Below, one piece after another: positions 22,710-31,209 of a stretch of 32,000 nucleotides of DNA (position 1 is its first letter; every line of letters begins with the position of its first letter). The stretch lies in assembly GCF_000017305.1 (NCBI RefSeq), contig NC_009806.1, positions 1-32,000 on the forward strand. The letters run 5' to 3'. The notes under the pieces are model-generated. The model was not told the origin of the DNA, did no database searches, and worked only from the letters and a program-made list of their open reading frames with translations. The translations under genes were made by a program, and so were the position numbers. This stretch comes from Kineococcus radiotolerans SRS30216 = ATCC BAA-149. GTDB taxonomy: Bacteria; Actinomycetota; Actinomycetes; Actinomycetales; Kineococcaceae.

Positions 22710-25424
22710 TCAGCCGCGGACGACCCCGCGGATCCCACCCCCGACCAGCGTCGCCACGTCCACCATGGCCTTTGGTAGGGCCAGGCCGCCGGGGGCGGCG
22801 ACGTAGCAGGTCCGCCACCGGGGCTGAAAGCCCTGCTTGAACGCGCGCAGGCCCTTGAAGTTGTAGAAGCGCTCGCCGTGGGTCCACAGCAGGTGCCCCA
22901 TCCGGTCCCAGGCGGAGGGCCGGGCGTCGCCCCGCAGCCCCGCCAGCGGCGCCACCCCCAGGCTGAACGACGCGAAGCCGTTCTCCCTGGCCCACAGGAT
23001 GCACTCGACGAACAGGTAGGTCATCACGGTGCGCGGCCCGTCGGGCAGGCGGCGCATGAGGTCGACCTGCACCTCGCGCCCCTCGCCGTCGGTCCACAGG
23101 GTCGCGAAGGCGACGACCCGGCCCTCGTGGCGCACCACGGCCAACGGGAAGCGGGCGACGTACTCCTCGTCGAAGGCGCCCAGGGAGAACCGCTTCTCCT
23201 TGCCGTTGCGGTGGGTGAGCCAGGCGTCGGACACCTCGCGCAGGGCGGGCAGCAGCGGCGCGACGTCCTCCGGCGCGACGAAGTCGACGCTCAGACCCAG
23301 ACGCTGGGACTTGTTGCGGCAGTTGCGGAGGTTCACCCTGGCCTTGCCGGTGAGGGTGAAGTCATCGAGGGGGACCACGGCCTCCTCCCCCAGCTTGGCC
23401 AGGCTGAGGCCGTGCTCGCGGTACAGGTCGGCGTGGTCGGTGAGCACGTTGTAGAAGACCGGCCGGCCGCCGTGGCGGTCGACGTCGGCGACGAAGCTGG
23501 CGATGAGGTCTCGGATGTCACTTTGATCCCCGCCCGGATCCCCGACGGGGTCTCCCATGACGACCCAGCTGCGGCCCTCGACCTGGTACATGAGGAAGGA
23601 CCTGCCGGCGGGGCTGAAGTGGAAGCGCTTGTCGCCGGTGAAGGCCAGGTGCGAGGTGCAGCGCCCGGAGCGCGCGACGATGCCGGCCACCTTGGCCATC
23701 TCCACCTCGCACGGGACTCGCGGACCGGGGTTCACCGCTCGGAGGATCCGGCGCCCGCCCATGACGACCCCGACCGCGCCCGCGACCATCGCCAACCGGT
23801 CCGCTCCCGAGGTGTCGCCGGAGATCGACGCCACCAGCAAAGGTGCGTCCACCGCCCCGTCGGAGCCGCTGAACTCCTGCCACCACACAGCCACCCCGAC
23901 CAGCACGGCCGCGGTGACCGGCCAGACCAGGTTCCGCGGGCGGGTGAGAACGGTGCCGCGGGGGAAGACGGGATGCGCCGGCAGCAAGAGCAGGGCGAGC
24001 CCGGCGGTCACCGCGGACAGCACCAGATCACCGTGGGCGGCGGCGATCCCCGTGACACCGACGAGCAACGCGAGGGTGCCCACCCACGCCCGCTTCAGGC
24101 GCCGGTGCAGACCCCAGGCCATCAGCAGGGCCCCCAACCCGGCGAGGCTGATGGTGACGGCCGACACGTCCAGTGCCCGGCCCGGCAGGTCCCCCACCAC
24201 GAGCATGAACACGCCGGCGCCGGCGACGACCAGCCCAAGCACCGAGGGCGTGAGGACGGCAGGGAGGCGGGCCGGGGACCTCGGGCCGGTGGGTGCCGCC
24301 GCGGGCGCTGGCGTGGACGCCGCCGCGGGCGTGGACGCCGCCGCGGGCGCCGGTGGGGACGCCACGCCCCGGCGGGCCTCATGCAGGACGAGGAGCACCG
24401 CCGCCAGGAGCAGCGGCAGCACGAAGTAGCAGAGCCGGTAGGCCACCAGCGCCACCGCCAGCCCTGCGGGCGAGGTCGTCGACCCGATCAGCACCACCAG
24501 CGCCGTCTCGAAGACCCCCAGCCCGCCGGGCACATTGCTGACCAGCCCAGCAAGGGTCGCGATCGAAAAGGCGACAGCGAAGGCCAGGAACGGGAGCCGC
24601 CCCCGGGCAGGCAGCAGGACGTACAAGGCCGCGGCCATGCTCAACCACTCGAACGTCGACAGCACGACCTGGGCCACCGCCAAGCGGGGAGCAGGGCGGT
24701 CGATGCGCCGACCACGCCATCCAATCGCACGCCCACCGACACCAGCCCAGACGAAGTAGCCCGCGACGAACACCAACAGCAGCGACCCGAGGGCCAGGAC
24801 CGCAGCACCGGGCAGGTGCAGCGCCTCGCCCACCCGGACCGGGTCGCGCAGCATCCCGCCGCCGGCCAGGACCGCGACACCCAGCGCCAGGGTGACGAGG
24901 TTGAAGCCAATGATCCGGGTGATCGCGGACCCGGGGACCTGCCAGCCCGAGTAGACCCGCGCCCGCAACGCCGCCCCCACCACCGCGGAAGCGCCCAGGT
25001 TGTTGCCGAAGGCGGTGGCGACGAACGAGGCGAGCCCGTAGCGGCGGTAAGGCAGGGAGTGCCCGACGTAGCGCAGGGCCAGCGCGTCGTAGCCGGTCAT
25101 CGCCAGGTAGGAGACCGCCGTCGCCCCGAGGGCGGCGAGCACGACGCCCGGGCCCAGCGCCAGCAGGTCGTCCCCCAACCGCGCCGCGTCGTAGTGGCGG
25201 AATGCCTGGTGCAGCAGCGTCGCGGCAGCGGCGAGCAGGCCCACCACGAGCAGGGGGGCGAGCAGTCGGCGCGCCGCGCGGGTCGAGGACCGGGGCGAGG
25301 AGCTCACCGACCAGGAGTCGGCACTTCTGCGCTCCTCCTTGAAGCGGGGGGCAGGCGGTGGACGGCTGATGCCGAATGAGATCCATCGGCTCGCTGACAC
25401 CGGCACCGGCACCGGCATCGGCAT
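22710..25424 (-). CDS. mprF: bifunctional lysylphosphatidylglycerol flippase/synthetase MprF
   Basis: 904 aa. Polytopic N-terminal membrane domain plus C-terminal aminoacyl-PG synthase (DUF2156) domain: RFSLGAFDEEYV...FSLGVAPLAGL...RFYNFKGLRAFKQGFQPRW. The exact start within the first ~60 codons is uncertain. Confidence 0.9.
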   Translation of the reverse strand: MPMPVPVPVSASRWISFGISRPPPAPRFKEERRSADSWSVSSSPRSSTRAARRLLAPLLVVGLLAAAATLLHQAFRHYDAARLGDDLLALGPGVVLAALGATAVSYLAMTGYDALALRYVGHSLPYRRYGLASFVATAFGNNLGASAVVGAALRARVYSGWQVPGSAITRIIGFNLVTLALGVAVLAGGGMLRDPVRVGEALHLPGAAVLALGSLLLVFVAGYFVWAGVGGRAIGWRGRRIDRPAPRLAVAQVVLSTFEWLSMAAALYVLLPARGRLPFLAFAVAFSIATLAGLVSNVPGGLGVFETALVVLIGSTTSPAGLAVALVAYRLCYFVLPLLLAAVLLVLHEARRGVASPPAPAAASTPAAASTPAPAAAPTGPRSPARLPAVLTPSVLGLVVAGAGVFMLVVGDLPGRALDVSAVTISLAGLGALLMAWGLHRRLKRAWVGTLALLVGVTGIAAAHGDLVLSAVTAGLALLLLPAHPVFPRGTVLTRPRNLVWPVTAAVLVGVAVWWQEFSGSDGAVDAPLLVASISGDTSGADRLAMVAGAVGVVMGGRRILRAVNPGPRVPCEVEMAKVAGIVARSGRCTSHLAFTGDKRFHFSPAGRSFLMYQVEGRSWVVMGDPVGDPGGDQSDIRDLIASFVADVDRHGGRPVFYNVLTDHADLYREHGLSLAKLGEEAVVPLDDFTLTGKARVNLRNCRNKSQRLGLSVDFVAPEDVAPLLPALREVSDAWLTHRNGKEKRFSLGAFDEEYVARFPLAVVRHEGRVVAFATLWTDGEGREVQVDLMRRLPDGPRTVMTYLFVECILWARENGFASFSLGVAPLAGLRGDARPSAWDRMGHLLWTHGERFYNFKGLRAFKQGFQPRWRTCYVAAPGGLALPKAMVDVATLVGGGIRGVVRG

Positions 25425-25644
25425 CGGCGCTAGCCGTCGCCCAGCCGCAGTCGCTCAGCGGCAGCCCAGCAGCCCAGCAGCCCTGCCCCTGGTCCGTCAT
25501 CACGCCCTGGGCTCGCACGACCCACCCACAGGGACGAGGCGGCCATGGCTGGCCGCGGTGGCTCCATCGCCAGCCCTTGGCTTCGCGCCTACGACGTCCT
25601 CGATGCACCACTGGGGCAGTCAAGACCCCTCACGAAGGGGTGGC

Positions 25645-26388
25645 CTAAGGAGCGCTCAGCCGCGACCAGTGCGAGAGCGGCCAGACGACGGCACTCGCTC
25701 GCCCGACGACCAGGTCGACCGGCACGAACCCACCATGTACCGCATTGGGATGGTAACGAGAATCGTTGGATCGGATCCGGTTGTCGCCCATTACCCACAA
25801 CTCTCCCCTGGGCACGGTCACAGCGAAAGCTGTCTCACTGGGCTTCACCCCACGGGGCAAATAGGCCGTCTCGTCGAGGGCGCGGCCGTTGACGGTGAGC
25901 CTGTCCTGCGCGTCGCAGCACACGACGCGGTCGCCTGGCAGTCCGATGACCCGCTTGACGATGTTGGCGGTGGATCCCTGCGGCGACTGCCCGGCCAGGC
26001 TCGGCGCCCCCACGGCCATCGCGTTGGCGGGGCCGCGCTGCGGCGCCGCGCTCTCTTTGAGCCAGCCACCGGGGTCGGAGAAGACGACGACGTCACCGCG
26101 GTCCAGCTCGAACGGCCCCGGCGTCAGCTTGCTGACCACGAGGCGATCACCGATGTGCAGAGCAGGCTCCATCGACTGTGACGGGATGTGGAAAGAGCCG
26201 ACGAGGAACCTCTCCACGACGACCGAGAGGACCAGGACGGCGGCGATCATCAGGATGGTCCCCTTGAGGACCGCAAAGACACCAAGGGTGGGGAGCCGCT
26301 TGTGCAGTGCCGCTTCCGCAGCAGCCCCCGCTTCCACAGCAGCCCCCGCTTCCTCACCTGAGTCGCGATCCCTCACGAGGTCCAGCAT
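25645..26388 (-). CDS. lepB: signal peptidase I
   Basis: SQSMEPAL (catalytic Ser box), VKRVIGLPGD (Lys box), GDNRIRSNDSRYH. TM anchor ILMIAAVLVLSVVV. Start placed at ATG 26388. The track ORF runs to 26658, but the extra 90 codons are R/G/C-rich and look non-coding. Confidence 0.85.
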   Translation of the reverse strand: MLDLVRDRDSGEEAGAAVEAGAAAEAALHKRLPTLGVFAVLKGTILMIAAVLVLSVVVERFLVGSFHIPSQSMEPALHIGDRLVVSKLTPGPFELDRGDVVVFSDPGGWLKESAAPQRGPANAMAVGAPSLAGQSPQGSTANIVKRVIGLPGDRVVCCDAQDRLTVNGRALDETAYLPRGVKPSETAFAVTVPRGELWVMGDNRIRSNDSRYHPNAVHGGFVPVDLVVGRASAVVWPLSHWSRLSAP

Positions 26389-26720
26389 CCCCGAGGTCAC
26401 GGCCAGCTTCGAGTCGCGACCCGGCCATGGGCCCAGCCCCTGCTTCAGCGGCGCCACCAGCGGCACCCGATACGAACGGTCCGCCACGGCGGCGGTCTGC
26501 GAGGGCGGCGGGCCTGCTAGGGCGGCGGCCCGCGAGGGCCCACAGCGGAGGGCAAGCCCGTCGCCGCGGGTCTGGCGGAGGCGGCGGCATCTCCCGCGTC
26601 GGCGGCCAAGCGGGTCGATCGGTACACCGGCTGAGACGCCGCTGCCTCCGGTGCGCACCCATAGGCGGCGCCGGAGGCAGCGAGCAGTCCTTGTTCAGCC
26701 GGCGGCACGCCGGCGGTGGG

Positions 26721-28538
26721 TCAGCTCTGGGTGCTGATGCGGTCCAGGGCGGGCGCGCTGACCGGGGAGGTGGCGGTCAGGTAGGCGGTGAAGGCATCCA
26801 GGTCGATGGGGCCGGTGACGGCGTTGGTGGCGCCGGTGAGGACGCCGAAGCCGTCGCCGCCGCCGGCGAGGAAGTTGTTCACGGTGACCCGGTAGGTACT
26901 TGCGTCGTCGACGGGCTGCCCGGCGATCGTGACGGTCTCGTCCACGACGCGGCTGCCGGTGCACGGGTCAGCCCCGGTCGCGGCGGTGGTGCCGGTGGTG
27001 TCGACGGTGTAGGCGACCGAGGCGGAGGGGTAGAGGGTGCGCCCGACCTGGAACTGCTGCTCCAGCAGGCACTGGATCTGGGTGCCGGTGAGGTCGAGGG
27101 TGACGAGGTTGTTGGCGAAGGGCTGCACCGTGAACGCCTCCTCGTAGGTCACCGGACCGGCGGCGAGGTCGGCGCGGACCCCGCCGGGGTTCATGAACGC
27201 CGCCACCGCCCCTTCCTCGTCGTCGGTGGCGGCCAGCTGCGCGTCGGCGATGACGTTGCCCAGCGGCGATTCGCCCAGAGCGAACAGCGGGGCGCCGGTG
27301 GAGGAGGTGCCGGTGGGGAACAGCTGCTCCTGGGTGCGGGTCAGGTCCTGCGCTGCGGTGCCGACCTGGGCGGTGGCGATGGGGCCCAGCGCGGTGCGGT
27401 AACGCTCGATCAGGGCGGTCTGGGTGGCGTCCTTGGCCACGTCGCGGGTGACGATGACGTTGTTGGCCACGGCGGTGGTGACGTCGCCGCTGCGGCGGTC
27501 GATGCTGAGGTCGATGTCGGTGACCAGGCGACCGGCGGAGCTGGCGGAGGTGACGAGCTTGCCGTCGATGTCGCAGTTGTAGGCCTGGTGGGTGTGTCCG
27601 CTGACGACGACGTCGATGGCGTCGCTCATCCCGTCGGCGATGTCCACGATCGGCCCGGTCAGACCGTTGCAGCCGTTCACATCCCACGCGTTGGGCCCGG
27701 ACTGCTGACCGCCCTGGTGCAGCAGGACCACGATGGACTCCACGCCCTGAGCCTGCAGCTCGCCCGCGTAGCGGTTGGCGGTGGCGACCTCGTCGGCGAA
27801 GTCGAGGCCGGCGACCCCTTGCTGGCTGACGATGTCCTTGGTGCCTTCGAGGGTCATGCCGATGAAGCCGACCTTGACACCCTGCACCTTCTTCACCGCG
27901 TAGGGGGCCAGCAGCGGCTTCCCCGTTTCGGTGACGAAGGCGTTGGCGGAGAGGTACTGGAAGTCCGCGCCCTCGTAGGGGGTGCCGTCGGCGCAGCCGT
28001 CGACGGGGTGGCAACCGCCGTTCTGGATGCGCAGCAGCTCGGCCGCGCCTTCGTCGAACTCGTGGTTGCCGACGCTGGCGTAGTCCAGCCCCGCCAGCCC
28101 GAGGGCTTCGATGCTCGGCTCGTCGTGGAAGGCGGCGGAGAGCAGCGGGGAGGCGCCGATGAGGTCACCGGCGGCGACGGTGATGGTGTTCTGCTTCTTC
28201 TGCTGCTCAGCGAGCTGACGCAGCTGGGTGGCGAGGTACTCCACCCCGCCGGCGTCGACGGTGCTGGCGCTGCCGTCGGCGTTGACGCCGGTCTGGATGC
28301 GCCCGCCGGAGCCGGTGGGGGCTTCGAGGTTGCCGTGGAAGTCGTTCAGGGCGAGCAGCTGCACCTGCACCGGCGGCGGCCCGCTGGGGCGTCCACGCTC
28401 GGCGGCAGACACGCCCACAGCACCGGCACCGGCGCCGAGGGTGGGGTGGGCGGTGGGGTAAGCGGCAGCGCTCAAAGCGCCTGCCGCCAAGGTGGCGACG
28501 CCGACGGCGGCCAGACGGCGTAGGGGGGTGAACATCAC
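26721..28538 (-). CDS. secreted bifunctional metallophosphatase/5'-nucleotidase (UshA-like)
   Basis: Signal peptide with RR (PLRRLAAVGVATLAAGA). Metallophosphoesterase motifs LNDFHGNL, GDLIGASP, GNHEFD, SGHTH. C-terminal 5'-nucleotidase domain. Start is GTG 28538 or ATG 28535, with aggag upstream. Confidence 0.9.
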   Translation of the reverse strand: MMFTPLRRLAAVGVATLAAGALSAAAYPTAHPTLGAGAGAVGVSAAERGRPSGPPPVQVQLLALNDFHGNLEAPTGSGGRIQTGVNADGSASTVDAGGVEYLATQLRQLAEQQKKQNTITVAAGDLIGASPLLSAAFHDEPSIEALGLAGLDYASVGNHEFDEGAAELLRIQNGGCHPVDGCADGTPYEGADFQYLSANAFVTETGKPLLAPYAVKKVQGVKVGFIGMTLEGTKDIVSQQGVAGLDFADEVATANRYAGELQAQGVESIVVLLHQGGQQSGPNAWDVNGCNGLTGPIVDIADGMSDAIDVVVSGHTHQAYNCDIDGKLVTSASSAGRLVTDIDLSIDRRSGDVTTAVANNVIVTRDVAKDATQTALIERYRTALGPIATAQVGTAAQDLTRTQEQLFPTGTSSTGAPLFALGESPLGNVIADAQLAATDDEEGAVAAFMNPGGVRADLAAGPVTYEEAFTVQPFANNLVTLDLTGTQIQCLLEQQFQVGRTLYPSASVAYTVDTTGTTAATGADPCTGSRVVDETVTIAGQPVDDASTYRVTVNNFLAGGGDGFGVLTGATNAVTGPIDLDAFTAYLTATSPVSAPALDRISTQS

Positions 28539-28557
28539 GAGAGAGCTCCTGAGGGGC

Positions 28558-28611
28558 GCAGGGACGTGAGGAGTCGCAGGGACGTGAGGAGTCGCAGGGA
28601 CATGACGTGAG
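28558..28611. repeat. 18-bp tandem repeat gcagggacgtgaggagtc x2 plus a degenerate third unit
   Basis: Read directly: 28558-28575, 28576-28593, and degenerate 28594-28611. Lies 20-70 nt upstream of the 5'-nucleotidase start, in the divergent promoter region. Confidence 0.9.
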
Positions 28612-28860
28612 CGCGGCCGGTGAGGACGCTGTGGGCCATCATGGCGGGCGCCACGCCCCCGACGATGTCGCTAAGTGAACACCGCACCAGCAACAGATGG
28701 ACGTTTCCCCGGGGTAGAGACGCCAACCGCTCGGACGGACGGGGTGCCAGGCCAACGGCTGCCTCCGCGCCCCTGGTCCGCCCCTGCGCGCGCTGCGAGT
28801 ACCCACACCGATCGTCGATACACCCTTCCTTGGATACAGGGCACGATGTACCTTTAGGTC

Positions 28861-29205
28861 GTGGACACCGTGACTCACGCCGAGGTGCTCGCCCGCTTCG
28901 GTCATGCCCTCTCCGATCCGACACGCTGTCGCCTGCTGATGGCGTTGCAGGAGGCGCCCGGGTACCCGGCCGAGCTGGCTGAGCTGCTGGGGATCTCGCG
29001 TCAGCTCGTCTCCAACCACCTGGCCTGCCTGCGCGGGTGCGGGCTGGTCGTGGCCGTGCCCGAAGGCCGGCGGGTGCGCTACGAGCTGGCCGATGGACGC
29101 CTGCGCCACGCACTGAGCGACCTGCTCGGGATGGTGCTGGCCATCGACCCCACCGTCGTGTGCCCGGACCTGAACCCGAGCCTGGACCCGCATCCAGAGA
29201 AGTAG
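28861..29205 (+). CDS. ArsR/SmtB-family metal-sensing repressor, CmtR-like
   Basis: HALSDPTRCRLLMAL...YPAELAELLGISRQLVSNHLACLRGCGLVVAVPEGRRVRYEL. The C-x3-C in the LACLRGCGLV helix and a C-terminal Cys (TVVCPD) parallel the Cd/Pb sensor CmtR of M. tuberculosis as recalled. Confidence 0.85.
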   Translation: MDTVTHAEVLARFGHALSDPTRCRLLMALQEAPGYPAELAELLGISRQLVSNHLACLRGCGLVVAVPEGRRVRYELADGRLRHALSDLLGMVLAIDPTVVCPDLNPSLDPHPEK

Positions 29206-29216
29206 GAGCGCTACCG

Positions 29217-29918
29217 ATGACCGCCCTCGCGCTGGGGCTGTACCTGGTGGGCCTGCTCGCGGTCTTCGGTGTGCGGACCTGGCTGCATCGCCGCCGCACC
29301 GGCAGTTCCGGCTTCCACGGCATCTCCGGGCCACGCGGCTCGCTGTCGTGGTGGGCCGGCATCGCCTTCGCGACCGCTTTGCTGCTGCAACTGCTCGCCG
29401 CGCTGCTGGCCCTGCTCGAGGTCCTGCCCGCTCCCGTCGAACCCGCCCGGATCGCAAGATCCGTAGGTGTCGCAGGTCTCGTGCTGGCCGTGGCCGGTCT
29501 GATGGGCACCCTGGCGGCGCAAGCGGCGATGGGCGTCTCCTGGCGCATCGGCGTGGACGAAGATGAACGCACGAAGCTGATCACCAGTGGAGTCTTCGCC
29601 TGGGTGCGCAACCCCGTCTTCACCGCGATGGTGACCGCTCAGCTGGGTGTGGGGCTGATGGTGCCCACCGTGCTGTCGCTGGCGGCGGTGGCACTGCTCG
29701 TGCTGGCGGTACAGCTCCAGGTCCGGGGTACCGAGGAGCCCTACCTCCTGCGCACGCACGGGCAGCACTACGCCAGCTACGCCGCCCGCACCGGCCGTTT
29801 CCTACCCGCCCTGGGACGCATGAGGAGCACGGGGCACGACCACGGGGCCCGGGGCGAAGGCCGCCGCAGCACGAGCCGCCGCCCGGATCATCACTACGAG
29901 ATCATGGAGACCACGTGA
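29217..29918 (+). CDS. isoprenylcysteine carboxyl methyltransferase-family membrane protein (CzcN/NccN-like)
   Basis: Start at ATG 29217 with aggag 8 nt upstream (track ORF begins at 29037). Polytopic, with GVFAWVRNPVFTA...EEPYLLRTHGQHYASYAARTGRFLP (ICMT/PEMT C-terminal signature). The stop overlaps the czcD start (GTGA, 29915-29918). Confidence 0.8.
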   Translation: MTALALGLYLVGLLAVFGVRTWLHRRRTGSSGFHGISGPRGSLSWWAGIAFATALLLQLLAALLALLEVLPAPVEPARIARSVGVAGLVLAVAGLMGTLAAQAAMGVSWRIGVDEDERTKLITSGVFAWVRNPVFTAMVTAQLGVGLMVPTVLSLAAVALLVLAVQLQVRGTEEPYLLRTHGQHYASYAARTGRFLPALGRMRSTGHDHGARGEGRRSTSRRPDHHYEIMETT

Positions 29919-30985
29919 GGCACGAGCACAGCGATGACCCCGGACATGGACCCAGCGGCGGAAGTCCCGGAAGTCCCGGAGATCACGGGGATCACGGGGA
30001 TCACGGTGGGCGGGGAGATCACGGCGGGAGTGGCGGTCACGGCGGTCACGGCGGTCACGGCGGTCACGGCGGTCACGACCACGGAGCGCTGACCAGCAAC
30101 CGCCGCCGCCTGGGCATCGCGCTGGGCGTCACCGTCACGATCCTGCTCGTGGAGGCCGTGGGGGCGTGGTTGTCCGGTTCGCTGGCGCTGCTGGCTGATG
30201 CCGGGCACATGCTCACCGACTCCGCCGGCCTGGCCATCGCCTTGATCGCCGCTTCACTGGCCGCACGCCCAGCGACCCCTCAGCGCACCTGGGGCTATCG
30301 CCGAGCCGAGGTCCTGGCCGCCACCTTGCAAGCCGCGATCCTGCTGGCGGTGGGGGTCTTCATCATCGTCGAGGGCATCCGCCGGCTCCTGCAGCCCCCA
30401 GAGGTCGCCTCCACGGCGATGATCGTCTTCGGTGTCGTCGGCCTGCTCGGCAACGCCGCCTCGATCCTGGTGCTCACCGGCGGACAGAAGGGGCAGAACT
30501 CGAACCTGAACATGCGCGCCGCGCTGCTGGAAGTGATCAACGACGCCCTGGGCTCGGTCGCCGTCCTGATCGCTGCGGTGGTCATCGCCACCACCGGCTG
30601 GTTGCGCGCCGATGCGCTCGTCTCCCTGCTCATCGGCGCGCTGATCCTGCCGCGCACGATCAAGCTGCTGCGCGAGACCATCGAGGTGTTGCTGGAGGCC
30701 ACTCCCCGCGGCCTGGACCTGGATGCGGTACGCCGGCACCTGCTGGAGTTGCCGCACGTGCGCGACGTGCACGACCTGCACGCCAGCCAGATCACCTCCG
30801 GTCTGCCGGTGCTCAGCGCGCACGTCGTCGTCGACGACGGCTGCTTCCACGACGGCCACACCCCGCAGATGCTCGACGCGCTGCAGGCGTGCGTGGCTGA
30901 GCACTTCGAGGTCGCCATCGAGCACTCCACCTTCCAGCTCGAACCGGCCGCCCACGCCGCTCACGAGGCGGGCGCTCACCACTGA
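29915..30985 (+). CDS. czcD: cation diffusion facilitator (Zn/Co/Cd efflux), CzcD/ZitB-like, with His-rich N-terminus
   Basis: LLVEAVGAWLSGSLALLADAGHMLTDS (TM2 HxxxD site), ALLEVINDALGSVAVL (TM5 site) and a C-terminal cytoplasmic domain. N-terminal HGDHGDHGGRGDHGGSGGHGGHGGHGGHGGHDHG. Confidence 0.9.
   Translation: MRHEHSDDPGHGPSGGSPGSPGDHGDHGDHGGRGDHGGSGGHGGHGGHGGHGGHDHGALTSNRRRLGIALGVTVTILLVEAVGAWLSGSLALLADAGHMLTDSAGLAIALIAASLAARPATPQRTWGYRRAEVLAATLQAAILLAVGVFIIVEGIRRLLQPPEVASTAMIVFGVVGLLGNAASILVLTGGQKGQNSNLNMRAALLEVINDALGSVAVLIAAVVIATTGWLRADALVSLLIGALILPRTIKLLRETIEVLLEATPRGLDLDAVRRHLLELPHVRDVHDLHASQITSGLPVLSAHVVVDDGCFHDGHTPQMLDALQACVAEHFEVAIEHSTFQLEPAAHAAHEAGAHH
29958..30078 (+). repeat. 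codon-phased 9-bp tandem repeats inside czcD (cggaagtcc x2, gatcacggg x3, ggcggtcac x5)
   Basis: Read directly. ggcggtcac units at 30032, 30041, 30050, 30059 and 30068 encode (GGH)5. Confidence 0.9.
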
Positions 30986-31055
30986 GCCGTCCCGGGCAGC
31001 TCCACGCCACTCCATGCCGCGCCACGCCACTTCACGCCACGTCACGCAGGTCCCG

Positions 31056-31099
31056 CCCGGGGCTGATCGCTCCCCGCATTTGCAGCGATCAGCCCCGGG
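31056..31099. terminator. perfect 16-bp-stem hairpin between convergent czcD and copC (likely bidirectional intrinsic terminator, no U-tract)
   Basis: cccggggctgatcgct (31056-31071), a 12-nt loop, then agcgatcagccccggg (31084-31099). Position is 70 nt after the czcD stop and 110 nt after the copC stop. Confidence 0.6.
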
Positions 31100-31209
31100 C
31101 GTTCTGGCAGCGCACAGTCTCAGGCAGCGCGCCGTTTCAGGCGGCGCGCAGTCTCAGGCGGTGAGCGGCTTCTGGCGTGAGGCCTCGGGTGGCAGAGGGC
31201 AGGGACGCG

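Noticed and set aside
24290-24360. Tandem gcgggcgtggacgccgcc duplication inside mprF as a possible independent element
   Set aside because: It is in-frame and encodes the Ala/Pro/Thr-rich linker (AAASTPAAASTP) between the flippase and synthase domains. That is ordinary linker low complexity.
22878-25379. 833-aa plus-strand ORF, with similar giants at 26307..28523 (+), 14054..15511 (+), 15521..16633 (+), 16886..18277 (-) and 20926..21645 (-)
   Set aside because: Each lies antisense to a gene with clear family motifs (mprF, 5'-nucleotidase, the sensor kinase, mntP/VIT1, the CHASE kinase). Each has the R/G/P/H/Q-rich composition typical of stop-codon-poor antisense frames in ~70% GC DNA.
26389-26658. 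90-codon N-terminal extension of lepB to the ATG at 26658
   Set aside because: The extension (…GRRRGRCRRLRQTRGDG…) is compositionally unlike protein and unlike known SPase I N-termini. The ATG at 26388 gives an acidic cytoplasmic head plus TM anchor, as in mycobacterial LepB. The longer form cannot be fully excluded.
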